DNA of 64,000 nucleotides from the NCBI GenBank assembly GCA_951406725.2, contig OX597815.1:138818001-138882000 (forward strand), written 5' to 3'. Positions within the stretch are counted from its first letter, which is position 1, and each line of letters begins with the position of its first letter. The position numbers and the translations under genes are program-made. Shown here piece by piece: positions 41,491 to 56,805 of the stretch. The DNA comes from Octopus vulgaris (Eukaryota). The notes under the pieces are model-generated. The model did no database searches and had not been told where the DNA came from. It was given only the letters and a program-made list of their open reading frames with translations.

Positions 41491-44400
41491 ACAACAATAA
41501 TCATAACGATTGAGAATATTGAGCCTGGTACATCCTCAAAGTTTATTTCCTTTTATTTTACTATGTCATATAGCATATTTTTATGGCTACGATGATCTAC
41601 ACGTGTTTCTACTACACAGAGTATAAGCAGTTGCATTTGCAACCGGGCATAGTTTTCTGTGCAGCTTCCTTCATGGCCTTTCTACCAGCTTGGCTCGAAG
41701 CGAATTGCATTCAGCTAGTTGTATATTGGTTAGGGTTCAAGGAGATGTGACGGGGTGTTGTTTTGAATCTCAAATCTGATCCTTTTGTAAACTTGTGTGG
41801 TTGACCTCGGTTTCACACCAGTTGCTGGCCAAAATCAGGGTTCTGTCTCATTAGGCCAAAGTTTATGTTACTGTTTTAACAGGCTTCTTTCTGCATTGTA
41901 GTAAATGGATACTTAGTAAGTTTACTTTCAAGTACAAATCTTGTAATACATTTTATTTTAGGGTGGTTCAGTTCTACGTTATGTTCTTAGTTATTCAGTT
42001 TTTTTCGTGGCTGTGGTATTTATTATGCCCTGTAGTTGGAAGGAAAAAGAATATATATTAAGTTGGTTAAGAAAATGCCATGTATTTGGTGAGTTTAAGA
42101 CATGTTCTTCTATCTTTTCTTTCCCACCGATCTATGGGTGGGATATTAAGTTAACTAGAACGTGTTAAATTTCTTAAAGGTTTTGGTTTGTTTATGTATG
42201 CATCTTAAGGCCTGTCCCAGTCTGCTATTAAGTAATTTGTGTCCAAACATAACTCTTCTAAATGTAACTCATATCTATCCCTCCCCACTGTTTTATACGG
42301 TTTAGCCGTACTAATTATCTCTCACTCTGTAGTAAGAATATGATCCCTATCTTTAAGGACCCAGATTAGTCTCCTGAAGCTTGTACTTTTTATCTTACTT
42401 CTATTCCTAAATGAATTTAAACGATTTGTTAGTAATTTTTTTCTTAATTTAGCGAGCTGGCTCCTACGGTCTACCCTCAGGAATGATTTTGCATCGGTAT
42501 TATAGTTTCTTCATCAAACATCTAGAGTTTGAGGGGCATACTTTATTACTAGCAAAATTATCTATTATCTATTGTATTGTAGTTCCTACTGTATTTCTCT
42601 ACTGCCCTCATTTCTATCGATCTATTTTCCTAAGGTTTCTATGTATAGGAGTTTGTGGGTTGCTATTTCTAGCGATTTCTGCGCCTTGTCTTGTGGAGGT
42701 AGAAGCAACTGCTGAGTTGTCTTCCCTCGACTGCTGGCCCTAAGTGTGTTACTATCTCCCATAACATTGTGCGCTATGCCGGTGTTAGTGTTTTAGTCTC
42801 TTCTGCTTATTAACTATTGCCGTCCTGTCACCCGGTTTACCATTATCAATAATTCCGTTAATGGTGTCATTTTCCTTGTCTAGTCTAGTCTAATCATTCG
42901 TATGTTAGAGAGTTTTCTTGCGTGTAGTACAGTTATGATCAGTGCTAGGTTACGACTATTAGAAGAAGTGAGCCGGACATTTTGCGTATTGAATGTTCTA
43001 TTATATTTGCTAGGCTTGGGAAGTGTTTCTCAAACACAGTGTATAAATGCTTCAGAATGTTGGAAATTATTTGTTTTCCGAATCCAGCATTGTACCACTG
43101 AGTAGCGCTGGAATTTCTTTTACTGTTGTTTGATGGAATTGTGCTTTAAGTCCAAAACACGTGCCCAACCCGTCGCACCTAATGTAAGCGGCTGCTAACA
43201 CCAGTCCCGCCAGCTTGTTCCGCTGACGTCCGTTCACGGCGAGTGCGCCAAGCCATAAGTGGACGACCCTGGTCTTGCTGCCCGCACTTCCTCTCTCACC
43301 CTTCCTGTTCTAGTCAGATCCCTTGACCGTTGACATCACAACCCTTTCCATCCGGCTCATCTCATCCCCAAAATACTTTGGGCATTATTATGTATTGTGT
43401 GGTTAATGTTAGGGCCTTTCCTTCTTTTGTGGTGGCTGACCGCATGTCTGGGGCTTTTGCTATCGTATTTCTTGGTAGTGTTTTATGTATATGTACACCT
43501 GTGCTGGTTTACTTTGCATCTAAGGCTCAGCGCACAATCGTTTCATCCGCTATTTCTACAAGGTAGTTCCACCCAAGATTCCCCCGTGTTTGTATCTTTT
43601 TTACTACCGTCCGAACGGCATATCTTTTGGTTTTATTCCATGTATTTGTCCGTCTCTTTTCTTATTGTTTTCTCTATATATCTAGCTGCCTGAATTTCAC
43701 TTACCTTTTTCCCGGTGATCTGGTTAAACCAATCTATTGAGGGTTCATCTGTTTGTTATTGTATTTTGGGATATAATTTGTTATCCTACAGTTTATTTTA
43801 TCTTATTATACGTATCTGTTTTGGTTTGGTTCACTGGGATAACTTCTCGTTTAATTTAAATATTTTCTCGTTAGCCGACGGAAATGTTCCTGACAATTGA
43901 TTGGGTTATGCACTATTACTATTGTAGTTTATGTATTTAAGGTTTTCGTTAGGTTTGTGGTATGATTTGAATAAGCCGGTTGTGTAACATCTATGAAGTT
44001 AACTGCAGCGTGTTCCTCCTCTATTGAGATGGATAACCCTCTGAGTTTGAAAAACAACGGTAATTTTGTCCCGTATCATTCTATCTCAACGTTGGAAGGG
44101 TTTCGCAAGACGAACAGAACGCCATCTCTGTACAGAAATACCCCTATTTGTGAGCGCAGTCGAATGATTCCATAGTTATATCGAACATATACAGCCTATC
44201 TTTTCTCACCCAGTATTTTACTTCGAATTCGATAATAGACTTTCTGGTGTTTAGTACTAAGATAGCTAAGAAATTTTCAAGCAAAAGATAAGTACTTTGT
44301 CGCGGAGGATGCGGTAAATAGAGGCATTGTAGCTGGATATATCTAGCTGCCTGAATTTCACTTACCTTTTTCCCGGTGATCTGGTTAAACCAATCTATTA

Positions 44401-45825
44401 CTTTGTATGAGCTAGACCAGAGGTTAAATTTAATAATGTTCCTAAGTGTAGGTTTATATGTATCAATGATGTATTTGCTAAGTCTACCTAGGTTCGATTT
44501 CGAGAGGCATATTAGTCTTACAGACGGGTTAGAGTTGAAGTTTTGCTTGTGGTGTTTCAGGCTAATTCTAAGGTTCTAGGCTGGTATAGATCAGTTTTTT
44601 CCTCTAATCTGTATTTCTCCATTATTTTCTTAGTCTGTAAATTAAGGTAAAGTTGTTAGCATGAGTTACTTAATAGTTTTTCAGTATTTCGTTCTTGAGC
44701 AGTATATTATAGAGAGTCTATTTTAAATAGTACAGGTTACCAGATTTATCTGCATGTGCAAGAATTTCGTCTTTTTTCCTGAGTTCCTTCACTAGTTTCC
44801 TAAGGAGTTGCTTCTTCCTTTAGGGAAATTTTTGGAATTTGATCTTTTTAACTATACTCCAAAGGTCATCTTCAAATCCTGACAATTGCGAATTTGGTGG
44901 TTGGCATTTCCGTGTTTTGAGTATATGCAGCATTTCTCATCATTCTTGGTGTTGTTGATCCTTTCTTCTACCAGGTCAATGATTAAGGAGTTAGTATGAA
45001 GGAATTAGTTTTATCGATGAGATTTTTGTGTATACTATTTTGGGTGGCAGCTGGATATCTTTTAGGGATGTATAGATGTTGATTCTCTCCATATTTTAGT
45101 ATGCTGCCTTAGTTGCTCGTTGAAATACGAGAATTATTATTAATATGAGTTTAGAGGGATAGAGTTTTCCGGGCGGATACCGTGGTAGATCTCTTAAATT
45201 ATCTTTCACGTCACGGCTACCGGGTGGATACCGTGGTGATCTCAGTTATTTTTCAGGTCAAGGCTAACCACTATGACTACTAGGAGTTGTCACTCACGCT
45301 ACAAATTCCTCCGATGGGTAATTCTGTGTTCTCTTCACTGGATGGTAATATTATCAGGAGTGTATACTAGCAATAATTATAACGATAGAGAATATAGAGA
45401 CATTTACGTTCTTAAAATTTATTTCCTTTTATTTTACAATGGCATACAATATATTTTTATGGTTTCAGATTCAAAACAACACCAAGCCTAATCAATAAAC
45501 AACCAACTGAATTCAGTTTGCTTCGAGCCAAGCTGACTGAAAGACCCTCAATGAAGCTGCACAGAAAACTATGTCCGGTTGCATATGAAACTACCCTTAT
45601 TCTGTACTGAGGAAACACGTGTGGGTCATCATAACCATAAAACTATGCTGTATGACATTGTAAAATAAAGGAGATAAATGTTGAGGATGCACCGGTCTCC
45701 AAATTCTCTATCGTTATAATTATTGCTAGTATATACTCTAGATAATATTACCGTCCAGGGAAGCGATCATGGAATTACCCATCGGAGGAACTTGCAGTGT
45801 GAGAGAAAACTCTTAGTATTCATAG
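41490..45825 (-). mobile_element. Near full-length decayed Penelope-like element with direct and inverted pseudo-LTRs
   Basis: ORF remnant from ATG 45092 (MERINIYTSLKDIQLPPK). RT motifs QLDISSYNASI, FDITMESFD, LYRDG(D), VNFIDVT and YHKPNENLKYIN; WYN..F...KHFP; GIY-YIG region CP..SRCL..YRC, NSFRN..TSF..LIWVLKD, IISTAKPY. pLTR at 41490-41735 (-), partial at 45270-45400 (-), inverted at 45486-45825 (+). Confidence 0.9.
45543..45627 (+). ncRNA. Degenerate pLTR hammerhead motif (partner copy 41594-41678, minus)
   Basis: gacc ctcaatga agctgcacagaa...ttctgtact..GAAAC acgt GTG ggtc. The other copy reads ggcc atgaagga agctgcacag...ctgtgtagt a GAAAC acgt GTA gatc. Confidence 0.5.
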
Positions 45826-47300
45826 ACATTAAATACTAATCGATGCGTTTAGCCGTAACCTGGAACATAACAAAGAGCTGCTGCGGTATCCATCCGGAAA
45901 ATATATCTCCCGAAAATCCCTATCTCTCTCTCTCACATACACACACATACACACAACGCACGTATACACATACACATAGACAGACAGATAAATGAATAGA
46001 TAGATGGATGTAAGCATGTATGTATTCTACAGCTCCCCGTTCTCTTCTTAATATGTTTTATGGACTCTTGAGTTTACCTTTGCTCACATACATTTCTAAC
46101 ATATTCGGTTCGTATTTGCAGTTCTTAACATACATATTTCTCTGATTTGTTCTGAATGTTGTTCACTGCTTTTAGAACCAGTCATGTTTCTACTCCATGA
46201 AACATTGTTGTTATAATACAATGAGTAATTCTTTGCGCTTCAAACATAATGACATTTTAATTTCCGTCATGTCATATAATTTAGAAAAGCACAGAAGCCA
46301 TTTTTATTAGTCTTTTTACTTACTCAAAATGTTTGTTTTTCACTTTAACCAGCTGTCCAATATAAATATATTTATCGTTACCTTGTTTTTGGATGTTGAA
46401 CATGACTTAACTCTTCTTCGTATCTATGTTCAGTTCTTCTTTGTTACTTCATTTAACATTTGTTCCAGTTAATGAGAATCATTTAAGAGAAAGTCTATAT
46501 TGTTAGCAAAGCGTGATTTAAAAATACACAACGAATGGTTATATATTTTTCATCCTAGTTCAGGGTTTTAAAGATAATTTTCCGTGCAGCCTTTACGAGT
46601 TAGGGTGATATGATATCCTCTTGGCCTATTTCTTCAGAATTGATCTATTCGCTCTTTGAATGAAATCTTATAAATGCTGCTACCTAACGATAGATTTTCT
46701 TAATAATCCTTGCATAAGTTTGATGTATTGGTTGTTCAATAATAACATCAAGCACAGCTAGTATTTGTAAGCCATCAAAAGTTTCTCATAATCAATAAAG
46801 CTGAAATAAAAAGTTTTGTATTTACTATTTTTCTGTATACTTATGTTAATGATCTAGTTGTTGAAAACCCGTATCGAAAGCTCAATTTTTACGTTTGTTA
46901 ATTGAATTTTAAGGCAATATTTTTGCTAATTGGTAACATTTTATACAAACTAGTAAGGTGATATGAAACATTGAGTTTTTCAAAAATCTAATATGTTACT
47001 CCTCGGTATGATTACGATATTATAAGGACGTTGTTCCATCTAGTGGGATGTTTATTTCCTTTCAGTCACTATATAAAAAGATCCGCTAGTTGCCTATAAA
47101 CTGAGTCGCTTCGCCATTTGTAGATCCCGATAACTATTCCATCATCATGAGGTACATTGTTTCTAATTTTTATGCTCTTGAATTCATTCAAAATTTAATG
47201 ACTTCTTATAACTCACGCTTCATTTTCATCAACTACTCTAATTTCTAAGACCTTCGAATATTATATCACTTGTGTGTAAGTGGTGTATATCTATCTATCG

Positions 47301-47400
<100 letters not shown>

Positions 47401-47506
47401 GTCTGTCTGTCTATCTGTCTATCTGTCTATCAGTCTATCTGTCTATCTGCCTGTCTGCCTGCCTGACTGCCAGCCTGTCTGTCTATCTATCTATACACAC
47501 ACACTG

Positions 47507-47545
<39 letters not shown>

Positions 47546-48154
47546 CAGTATATATAGGGAGAGAGAGAGAGCAAAAGAAAGAGAGAGAGAAAGAGAGAGA
47601 AAGAGAGAGAGAAAGAAAGGTAGATAGATATAGATATATAATATGTTGTATATATGTATGAGTGAGTGTGTGTGTGTGTGTGTGCCTGTATGTATGATAG
47701 TTCAAGGAGCGACTCGACGATGATCTACCGACAGTTAAATATATAAATGATACATAACTGCATAAACGAAGCAAGGCAGGAAAGGAAAGATTATAGGAGC
47801 AGTAAATATATACAGTTATCATTTTTCATACATGCGTGATCAATGATAACAATGACGTAATCACTCTGCACTTATGATCACTATGATAAAAGGTCTGTCA
47901 CTTATGATTACTTTATGTTTCAGCTATCAATTAATGAATACTATGATTATTACGCAACGTTTCAAGAAGGGAAGCAGTGATATGAGAAACTGAGAACCGT
48001 AACTTCTTACGCCTATACTAAATTTTTCGTGTGACTGAAACTACGGAAGTGACAGAATTCTATTGTCGCTGACTAGGGAAATAACTTAATCACTATAATA
48101 ATATTATGTGCTTCTTAGATGGCGGTCAGTCAGTCGTGTGCTTTGATGTCTTAC

Positions 48155-48387
48155 TGACAAGCCACAGATGCTAGACTAACAGAATTTATGTTTAAAGTGT
48201 GAAAGAGCTGCGTGCACATCAGAATCACTCTTCTTTTCAATCTATATGACGATATGTCCAGTGGCAAGATCAAGTCAAGACAACTGCGCTTGTATGAGAC
48301 CTCACTGTACCTCGAATATGATGTGTGCATCGCAAACCTAGCCGGTGTGTTGCCGTTTGCACCAAACTATTCCCGTTGACTTCGGAT
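48155..48387 (-). other. Weak candidate exon
   Basis: Higher-GC unique island bounded by cttctccacag| and |gtaaga on the minus strand, with a frame MHTSYSRYSEVSYKRSCLDLIL... open to the donor. No homology recognised. Confidence 0.2.
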
Positions 48388-49618
48388 CTGTGGAGAAGTA
48401 TGTTGTTTATTTCTTCCATGCCACGTTTGAAGGGCATGTGAACATGTTATTAAACATATATACGCACATACTTGATGCGAATATGTACAGACTACTAGAT
48501 AGCAACAAGGATTACGTATATTTTCAAACTCCTGAAAATATATTAAATCTGATTACATTAGCACAATTTATAAAAAAAAGTCGAGAAACCCAATATTTCT
48601 TTAAAATAAAAGGAAGAAATATACGTGAGCGTTAAGAGCAATAGTTAAAATAACACATCGACTTTTCACTCAGCTTTAGAAAAACAATATTGATTGTTAA
48701 TACAGATGAAATAAAACTGATTAATAGTTTTCAATATGCTGAAGATAATTGGATATGTCTTTACTGAGAATCATTTATCAAAGAATTAAATCGTCGTATA
48801 TGTTGAGTGTGATTACAAAGACGCTGAGGTGTAACTGTTACGACACAAGATACATTAATTTGTTCGTACACATTATTTAAAGCCATATCACTAAGCCACG
48901 TTACCTTTTGATTTTAAAAGGTCTATAAAAGATGTAGGAGGGTTAGAGATGGTATGATTTTAGCAGTGTACAGTGACAAACAATATACATTTAAAATGCT
49001 GAAAGTTTCGCTATTTTTACGCTCATTTGGTATCGATTTATGCATCACTCTACGGGGCTTATGTAATTTGTAACTTCAATATTCTAGGAATAGCGCAGTT
49101 GATTCTTTATTACCTTCACACGCACCAGGAAGTGAACACACCAACAAAATAACGTAAAAACAAAGCATAGCAGTACAGCAGACATATATTTTTCGAGTTA
49201 GTTAAAAGCTGTTTTGAATATAAACCTGCAGGAAACTTCAGTAGTTGCCTTTCAGCATTGAAGACGTCCTATTGCGGAGCAATAATACATGTGCGTCGTA
49301 GAATAGGATTTTGCATATCAACTAGCATATCCCAGGACATAAGATAGCAAAGCAATCGGAATCAAGTGATAGACGTCATACTGATATATATATATATATT
49401 TTAATAGTTAGGCGCAGTGAGAAAAGCATTTTGCTCGGATAACAAGTCTAAATACCATCAAATAACAGCTGTAGAACTGAAGACATAATTCATGACATAT
49501 GGAACATACGCACACACGAGCACTCCTACTTCCTCTCGCTTAGACATACACATAGATAAATGTATGCATATGCAAATATGTATGTATATATACATATATA
49601 CATATGTATGTATGTCTG

Positions 49619-49673
<55 letters not shown>

Positions 49674-49674
49674 C

Positions 49675-49716
<42 letters not shown>

Positions 49717-49846
49717 TTTACATAAATAAATAACGTGAAATACACGAAGGGACGAACAAAAAGACAAACGGGTCATTCAAAGCCTTCATTCTTCAGTCAG
49801 AAACTGATCCCTCATCGCAGATTTCGGCTGTTATATATATATATGT

Positions 49847-50326
49847 GTGTAATACGTTAAGATTATAGTTCACAGGATAATAACAATAATAATAATAAGT
49901 AAATAAATATACGTATCGTAACTTATGATTAACAAATAACAATATCGAAATCAATATTTTTACAATAACAATCAAACAAAATTCAACAATATTGTTGAAT
50001 TTTGATTGTTATTGTAAAAATATTGATTTCTATATTGTTATTTGTTAATCATGAGTTACGATACGTATATTTATTATTTTAATTATTAGTTACATAAGTG
50101 GCTCGGTAGCGCGTCAGTCTCATAATCAAACCGAACTTGTTGAGTAATCTGAAGGTCGTGAGTTCGACCCTCACCTGGGGCACATAATTTTATTTTAACG
50201 GCGGTGCAACAGCATGACCGCAGCTCTGAGCTGAAACTAAAAAAGAAGAAAAAGAATACGTATATTTATTTACTAATTATTATTATTTTTATTATCTTGT
50301 GAACTATAATCTTAACGTATTACATA
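49847..50326. repeat. Near-perfect ~140-bp-arm palindrome centred at ~49990, right arm interrupted by an insertion; probable end of an AT-rich PLE-type element running to ~51335
   Basis: Centre aaaattcaacaatattgttgaatttt. tgtaatacgttaagattatagttcaca versus tgtgaactataatcttaacgtattaca. Confidence 0.9.
50100..50182 (+). pseudogene. Intron-containing elongator tRNA-Met(CAT) pseudogene, D-arm incomplete
   Basis: tcagt-ct-CAT-a-[22-nt intron 50125-50146]-a-tctga, aggtc, gtgag-ttcgacc-ctcac, ctggggc-a, then the trailer cataattttatttt. Confidence 0.85.
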
Positions 50327-50645
50327 TAATTTACATTGTGAAATAGTTTTGTAACAAAATATTATTGAATTGGTAGTATTTTTTTTATTTGTTATGTAAT
50401 ATTGCATTTAAGTAAATATTTAAAACTAATTTGTGTGTATATATTTGAACCCTTTTCTATTTTTAATTCTTGTAGTTATAGTTTGTAGTAGTATGATGTA
50501 TATAAGTTACCATGAAGTTTTTAGTATATATTACTTAATTAGAATAAATTCAAACTTAGATGTTTATTAAATAAATACATAATATAATTTTTTAATGGAT
50601 ATAGATTAAATTATAGCATTTTAGCTTCACCTAATGTATATTATG

Positions 50646-50699
<54 letters not shown>

Positions 50700-51035
50700 C
50701 TTTAAGTATTTTTTTTAGTTACTTATATTTTAATTTTCCAGTAATGATATAGTATATTTTGTTATTTTTTCTTCTATAAGCTAAAATATATTTTCATATT
50801 TCTATCTATTTATTCTAGCTTTATTTACACCACGCTTTAAATGAGGTAAACTTATTATAAACACTAAGTCCTACGTATTAAGTTTAATGATTTAGTTAAC
50901 AGAATATATTCATGTTTTTATTTTAAAATATATTGTTGAATGTTGTTCGTTTTTTATTGTAAAATTACGTATTTTGATATATATTTATATTTTCTTATAA
51001 GATAATATACGTAATTATTTTATTGTTTTTAGCTT

Positions 51036-51115
51036 AAACCTGATGAGTGACTTTATTTAAATTGAATTGATGTTATTTTTAACAGTTTGTAAATATAGCC
51101 ACGAAACACGTGTTT
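51036..51115 (+). ncRNA. Degenerate hammerhead motif
   Basis: aaac CTGATGA gtgact...agccac GAAAC acgt gttt. Palindromic stem III, but the cleavage-site/stem I junction appears shortened by a small deletion. Confidence 0.5.
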
Positions 51116-51351
51116 TCTATTTACTAATTGTATACTATTTATTTATTATTTCGTTCTTTATTTAGTTCTAGGTAAATATTTTATCGTATCTTTAATTTTT
51201 TCTATATTCTTATGATTTAAGTATATCATTGTTGAATTGCTATATGGTGTTTCTTCTCTAATTTATATACATATATTGTGGAATCTGATTTAGTATTACT
51301 ATTTTGAATTTTGTATGTAAGTTTGGAGTCATATTCCCTATTATTATTATT

Positions 51352-51772
51352 CAGTAGTTTTATTTTTATAGCGTGCTTTCACTTCACTACCGAGCGCAGC
51401 TCTGTGTGCCTTGGGTATGTGCTGTGATTTGTTGTGATGCTCTGATGGTTATTGTATGGAAAGTGTTCTGCGTAGGATGTGTGCAGTGCCTAGTAGTGCA
51501 ATTTTCTGTATGTTATATGTGTTTGTAAGTCCTGGTGTTTTTGTCATGTATTTGTCTGAATATTTTTTCATCATGCCTAATGCACCTACTATGATAGGAA
51601 TTGTTTCTGTTTTCAGATTCCACATTCTAGTTACCTCTATTTCCAGGTCTTTGTATTTTGAGAGTTTCTCCATTTCTTTTAGAGACACGTTGTCATCAGC
51701 CGGTATTGATACATCAATTAGAAAGCATTTTTTTCTTCATGGTCTCTGACAACTATAAATGGTCTGTTGGCC

Positions 51773-51775
<3 letters not shown>
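51352..51775 (-). mobile_element. Dong/R4-type LINE, short 5'-truncated copy
   Basis: ORF 51449-51688 KLSKYKDLEIEVTRMWNLKTETIPIIVGALG (RLE C-terminus). 3' end aataaaactactg|aataataat. Confidence 0.92.
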
Positions 51776-54100
<2,325 letters not shown>

Positions 54101-54175
54101 TTATTATTATTATTATTATTGTTACTATTATTGTTATTGTTATCATTATTATCATTATTTTTATTATTATTATTA

Positions 54176-54270
<95 letters not shown>

Positions 54271-54724
54271 GACATACATACATATATACATTAATCTCGA
54301 GAAAATGCAGCACTTGGTTTTCTTTTCTTTCTTTTCTGTTTTTATTCACCTCTTGCTCCCTCATTCCAACTTTTGCATCAACCCTCCTCCTTGCTCCTGC
54401 TTTTGTCGAGTTTTCCCAGAGAGCAGTGTCCCGGTTTTCAGCTAAAACTAACCATGTGTACTGAGCCTAAAGCATTGCTTGGGGAAATTAGACACGTTAC
54501 AAAAATCTGCCAAATTACAGTGCTTGCACGGCATGAAATTGTTTGTAAGTCATATTTAAATACTACGTTCATTAAATATCTCTCACTGGATGGAGTAGTT
54601 CTTTTTTTATCATATACATACATATAAGAAGAAAAAGAAATGGAGATGGAGTTAATAAATTGCCTTCTATCAATAGCAAATATATATATATGTGTGTATG
54701 TATATACATACATAAATACAAACA

Positions 54725-54811
<87 letters not shown>

Positions 54812-54859
54812 ATGTATAAACTATTGTAAAGATAACTTACAGTTATAATAAGAAAAAGA

Positions 54860-56430
54860 CTCTTTTAAAAAGTTAACTTTTAGAAAATTCGTTTATTTAA
54901 CTGATTTCTACAACCCTTTGTAGAAAATGTCTGTATATAATATTTTATGTCCAGTGTGTATTATGTGTGTATTATGTGTAACACCCGGTCTGGGCTGATG
55001 AATAAAGAAGAGTTTGTTTTTTAATGATGTCAATCAATTTCGGTTTAGTTTCGGATTTTATAATATTTTCTTTTACTTCTCGTAGTTGATAATTTTCATC
55101 TTTTATTTTGTACAAGACGAACAGTTTGAATTTTCCATTTGCAAAAATGTCTATATTTTTACCCCATGTAACATTTCTAAGAGACAACCCTTGAATTTGT
55201 TGTTTAATCACGTTTACACGACTGGTTAGTCTCTATTTTCCCAATGCAATTCTCATTGCTTTGTGGGCATGTGATGCAGTAGATGAGTTTCTTTGCTTTG
55301 CAATTCCCGTTTTCATTCACTTTCATTTCCTTCTAATTCTTGAATATTTGTGCTGTTACTTGTTCATTTTTTTCACATGCCACACAGCGCAGGTCTCCAC
55401 AGTTTCTTACTTGTATTGTTTCTTCCATACGAAGTAAATATCTCCACTGTTAGAATCCTCTTGAGATTTGACGGTTGTCTTCGGTTCTTCATAATTTGTA
55501 ATTTTCTACTAATTTGTCAAAGATTTGATCATTGATGCAGAATTGGGAGGAATCATTTGACTGAATGTAGGATGTTATGATTCTTAGGATCGTGATGGAT
55601 TACAAATGAAATATTTATATTTGTAATTTTGTTCTCGCACCTAGCGAGAGTGGTTCTCGGTAAAAAAACAGATCAGGATTTCTTTTGCGTTGGTTTTGAC
55701 ATTATATATTAACTTTTCGGGGAATTTTTGTTTTTGAAGGAATATGTTTAGTTCTGCCAGTCGTTTCTCTCGTCTATTGGTATCCATAACTATTGAATAT
55801 ATATAACATGCTATATTGATATTCCTTTTCGTTTAGGAAGGGTGGTAAGGTCTAAAATCTAAAATTTTATGCTTATCTGTGTCCTTGCAGTACAGATCGG
55901 TTGCAATTGACTCATTAGCTTTAATTATATTAGAACGTCCAGAAAAGAGAATTCCCTTTCATTTATTTCAATAATGAATTGCATAGCTTCATGAGTGTTG
56001 TATATGAATTTAAGGAATCGTGTAAGGCTTTCCTTCCAAAAATACGAAGCAGTCAACCAAAACTGTTTTCCACTTCCATATTAGATAGCTTTGCAAATAA
56101 GGATCAAAAGTAATACTGGGCAGGGTATAGATTTTCTCTTCTAAGTACTCCATAACTAGTGTCGCAAACATTAGTCCGACTTTCATTCACATTACTGTGC
56201 CTTCTATTTGTAGATAATATTGGTTGTCAATATAGAAGTGGTTCTTTTCAGTACTAGACGTAATCTTTCAAGCATGAATTCTTCTTCGGAATCTCTCCTG
56301 GAGTCTTTGTGAGTATTTGTCTATTCAGAATTGTATTCCTTCTCATCCTAATTCGTAGTAGGTATTCGTATAAAGACTGGTTAACGCCAAAGCTAACCAA
56401 CATTGTTTCTTTATCAATCCTTTCTGGTGG
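54860..56430 (-). mobile_element. Second, older Penelope-like element (RT plus GIY-YIG remnant)
   Basis: MLVSFGVNQSLY (motif A-like), PFVIHHDP, CKAKKLIYCITCPQSNENCIGK (GIY-YIG) and KFKLFVLYK...REVKE...KPKL. Confidence 0.8.
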
Positions 56431-56439
56431 GGGGGGGTT

Positions 56440-56805
56440 TCATGTCATCTCTGATGAAATAAGGAACCAGTCAAGGGGTGGTGGAGATAAACAAACACGG
56501 AGAAACACACACTTACACAGACACAGGCACACACACACACACACACACATAAGTGCGCACACATGTATGTATGTATGTACGTATGTATGTATGTATGTAT
56601 GCATGCATGTATGTATGTATGTATGTATGTATGTATGTATGTATGTATGTATGTATGTATGTATGTATATGGCAGTTTCTTTCAGTTTCCGTCTACCAAA
56701 AGGCTTTGATCGGCCCGAAGCTATAGCAGAAGTTGCTTGCTAAAGTGACTGAACCTGGAGCAATGTCTTTGGGAAGCCAACTTCTTACCACACAGCCACG
56801 CCTTC
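56440..56805 (-). mobile_element. SINE family C remnant with an expanded internal microsatellite
   Basis: ttcagtttccgtctaccaaa...gctatagcagaag...cttcttaccacacagccac is the reverse complement of the 60458 head. Confidence 0.8.

Noticed and set aside
46030-46700. Possible old RTE fragment (TMFHGVET-like, minus strand); similar hints at 1-1000, 9200-9800 and 11270-11540
   Set aside because: Too decayed to assign by eye.
50100-50182. Functional tRNA-Met gene
   Set aside because: About 12 nt of the D arm/A box are missing, the acceptor stem has a mismatch, and it lies within a TSD-bounded insertion.
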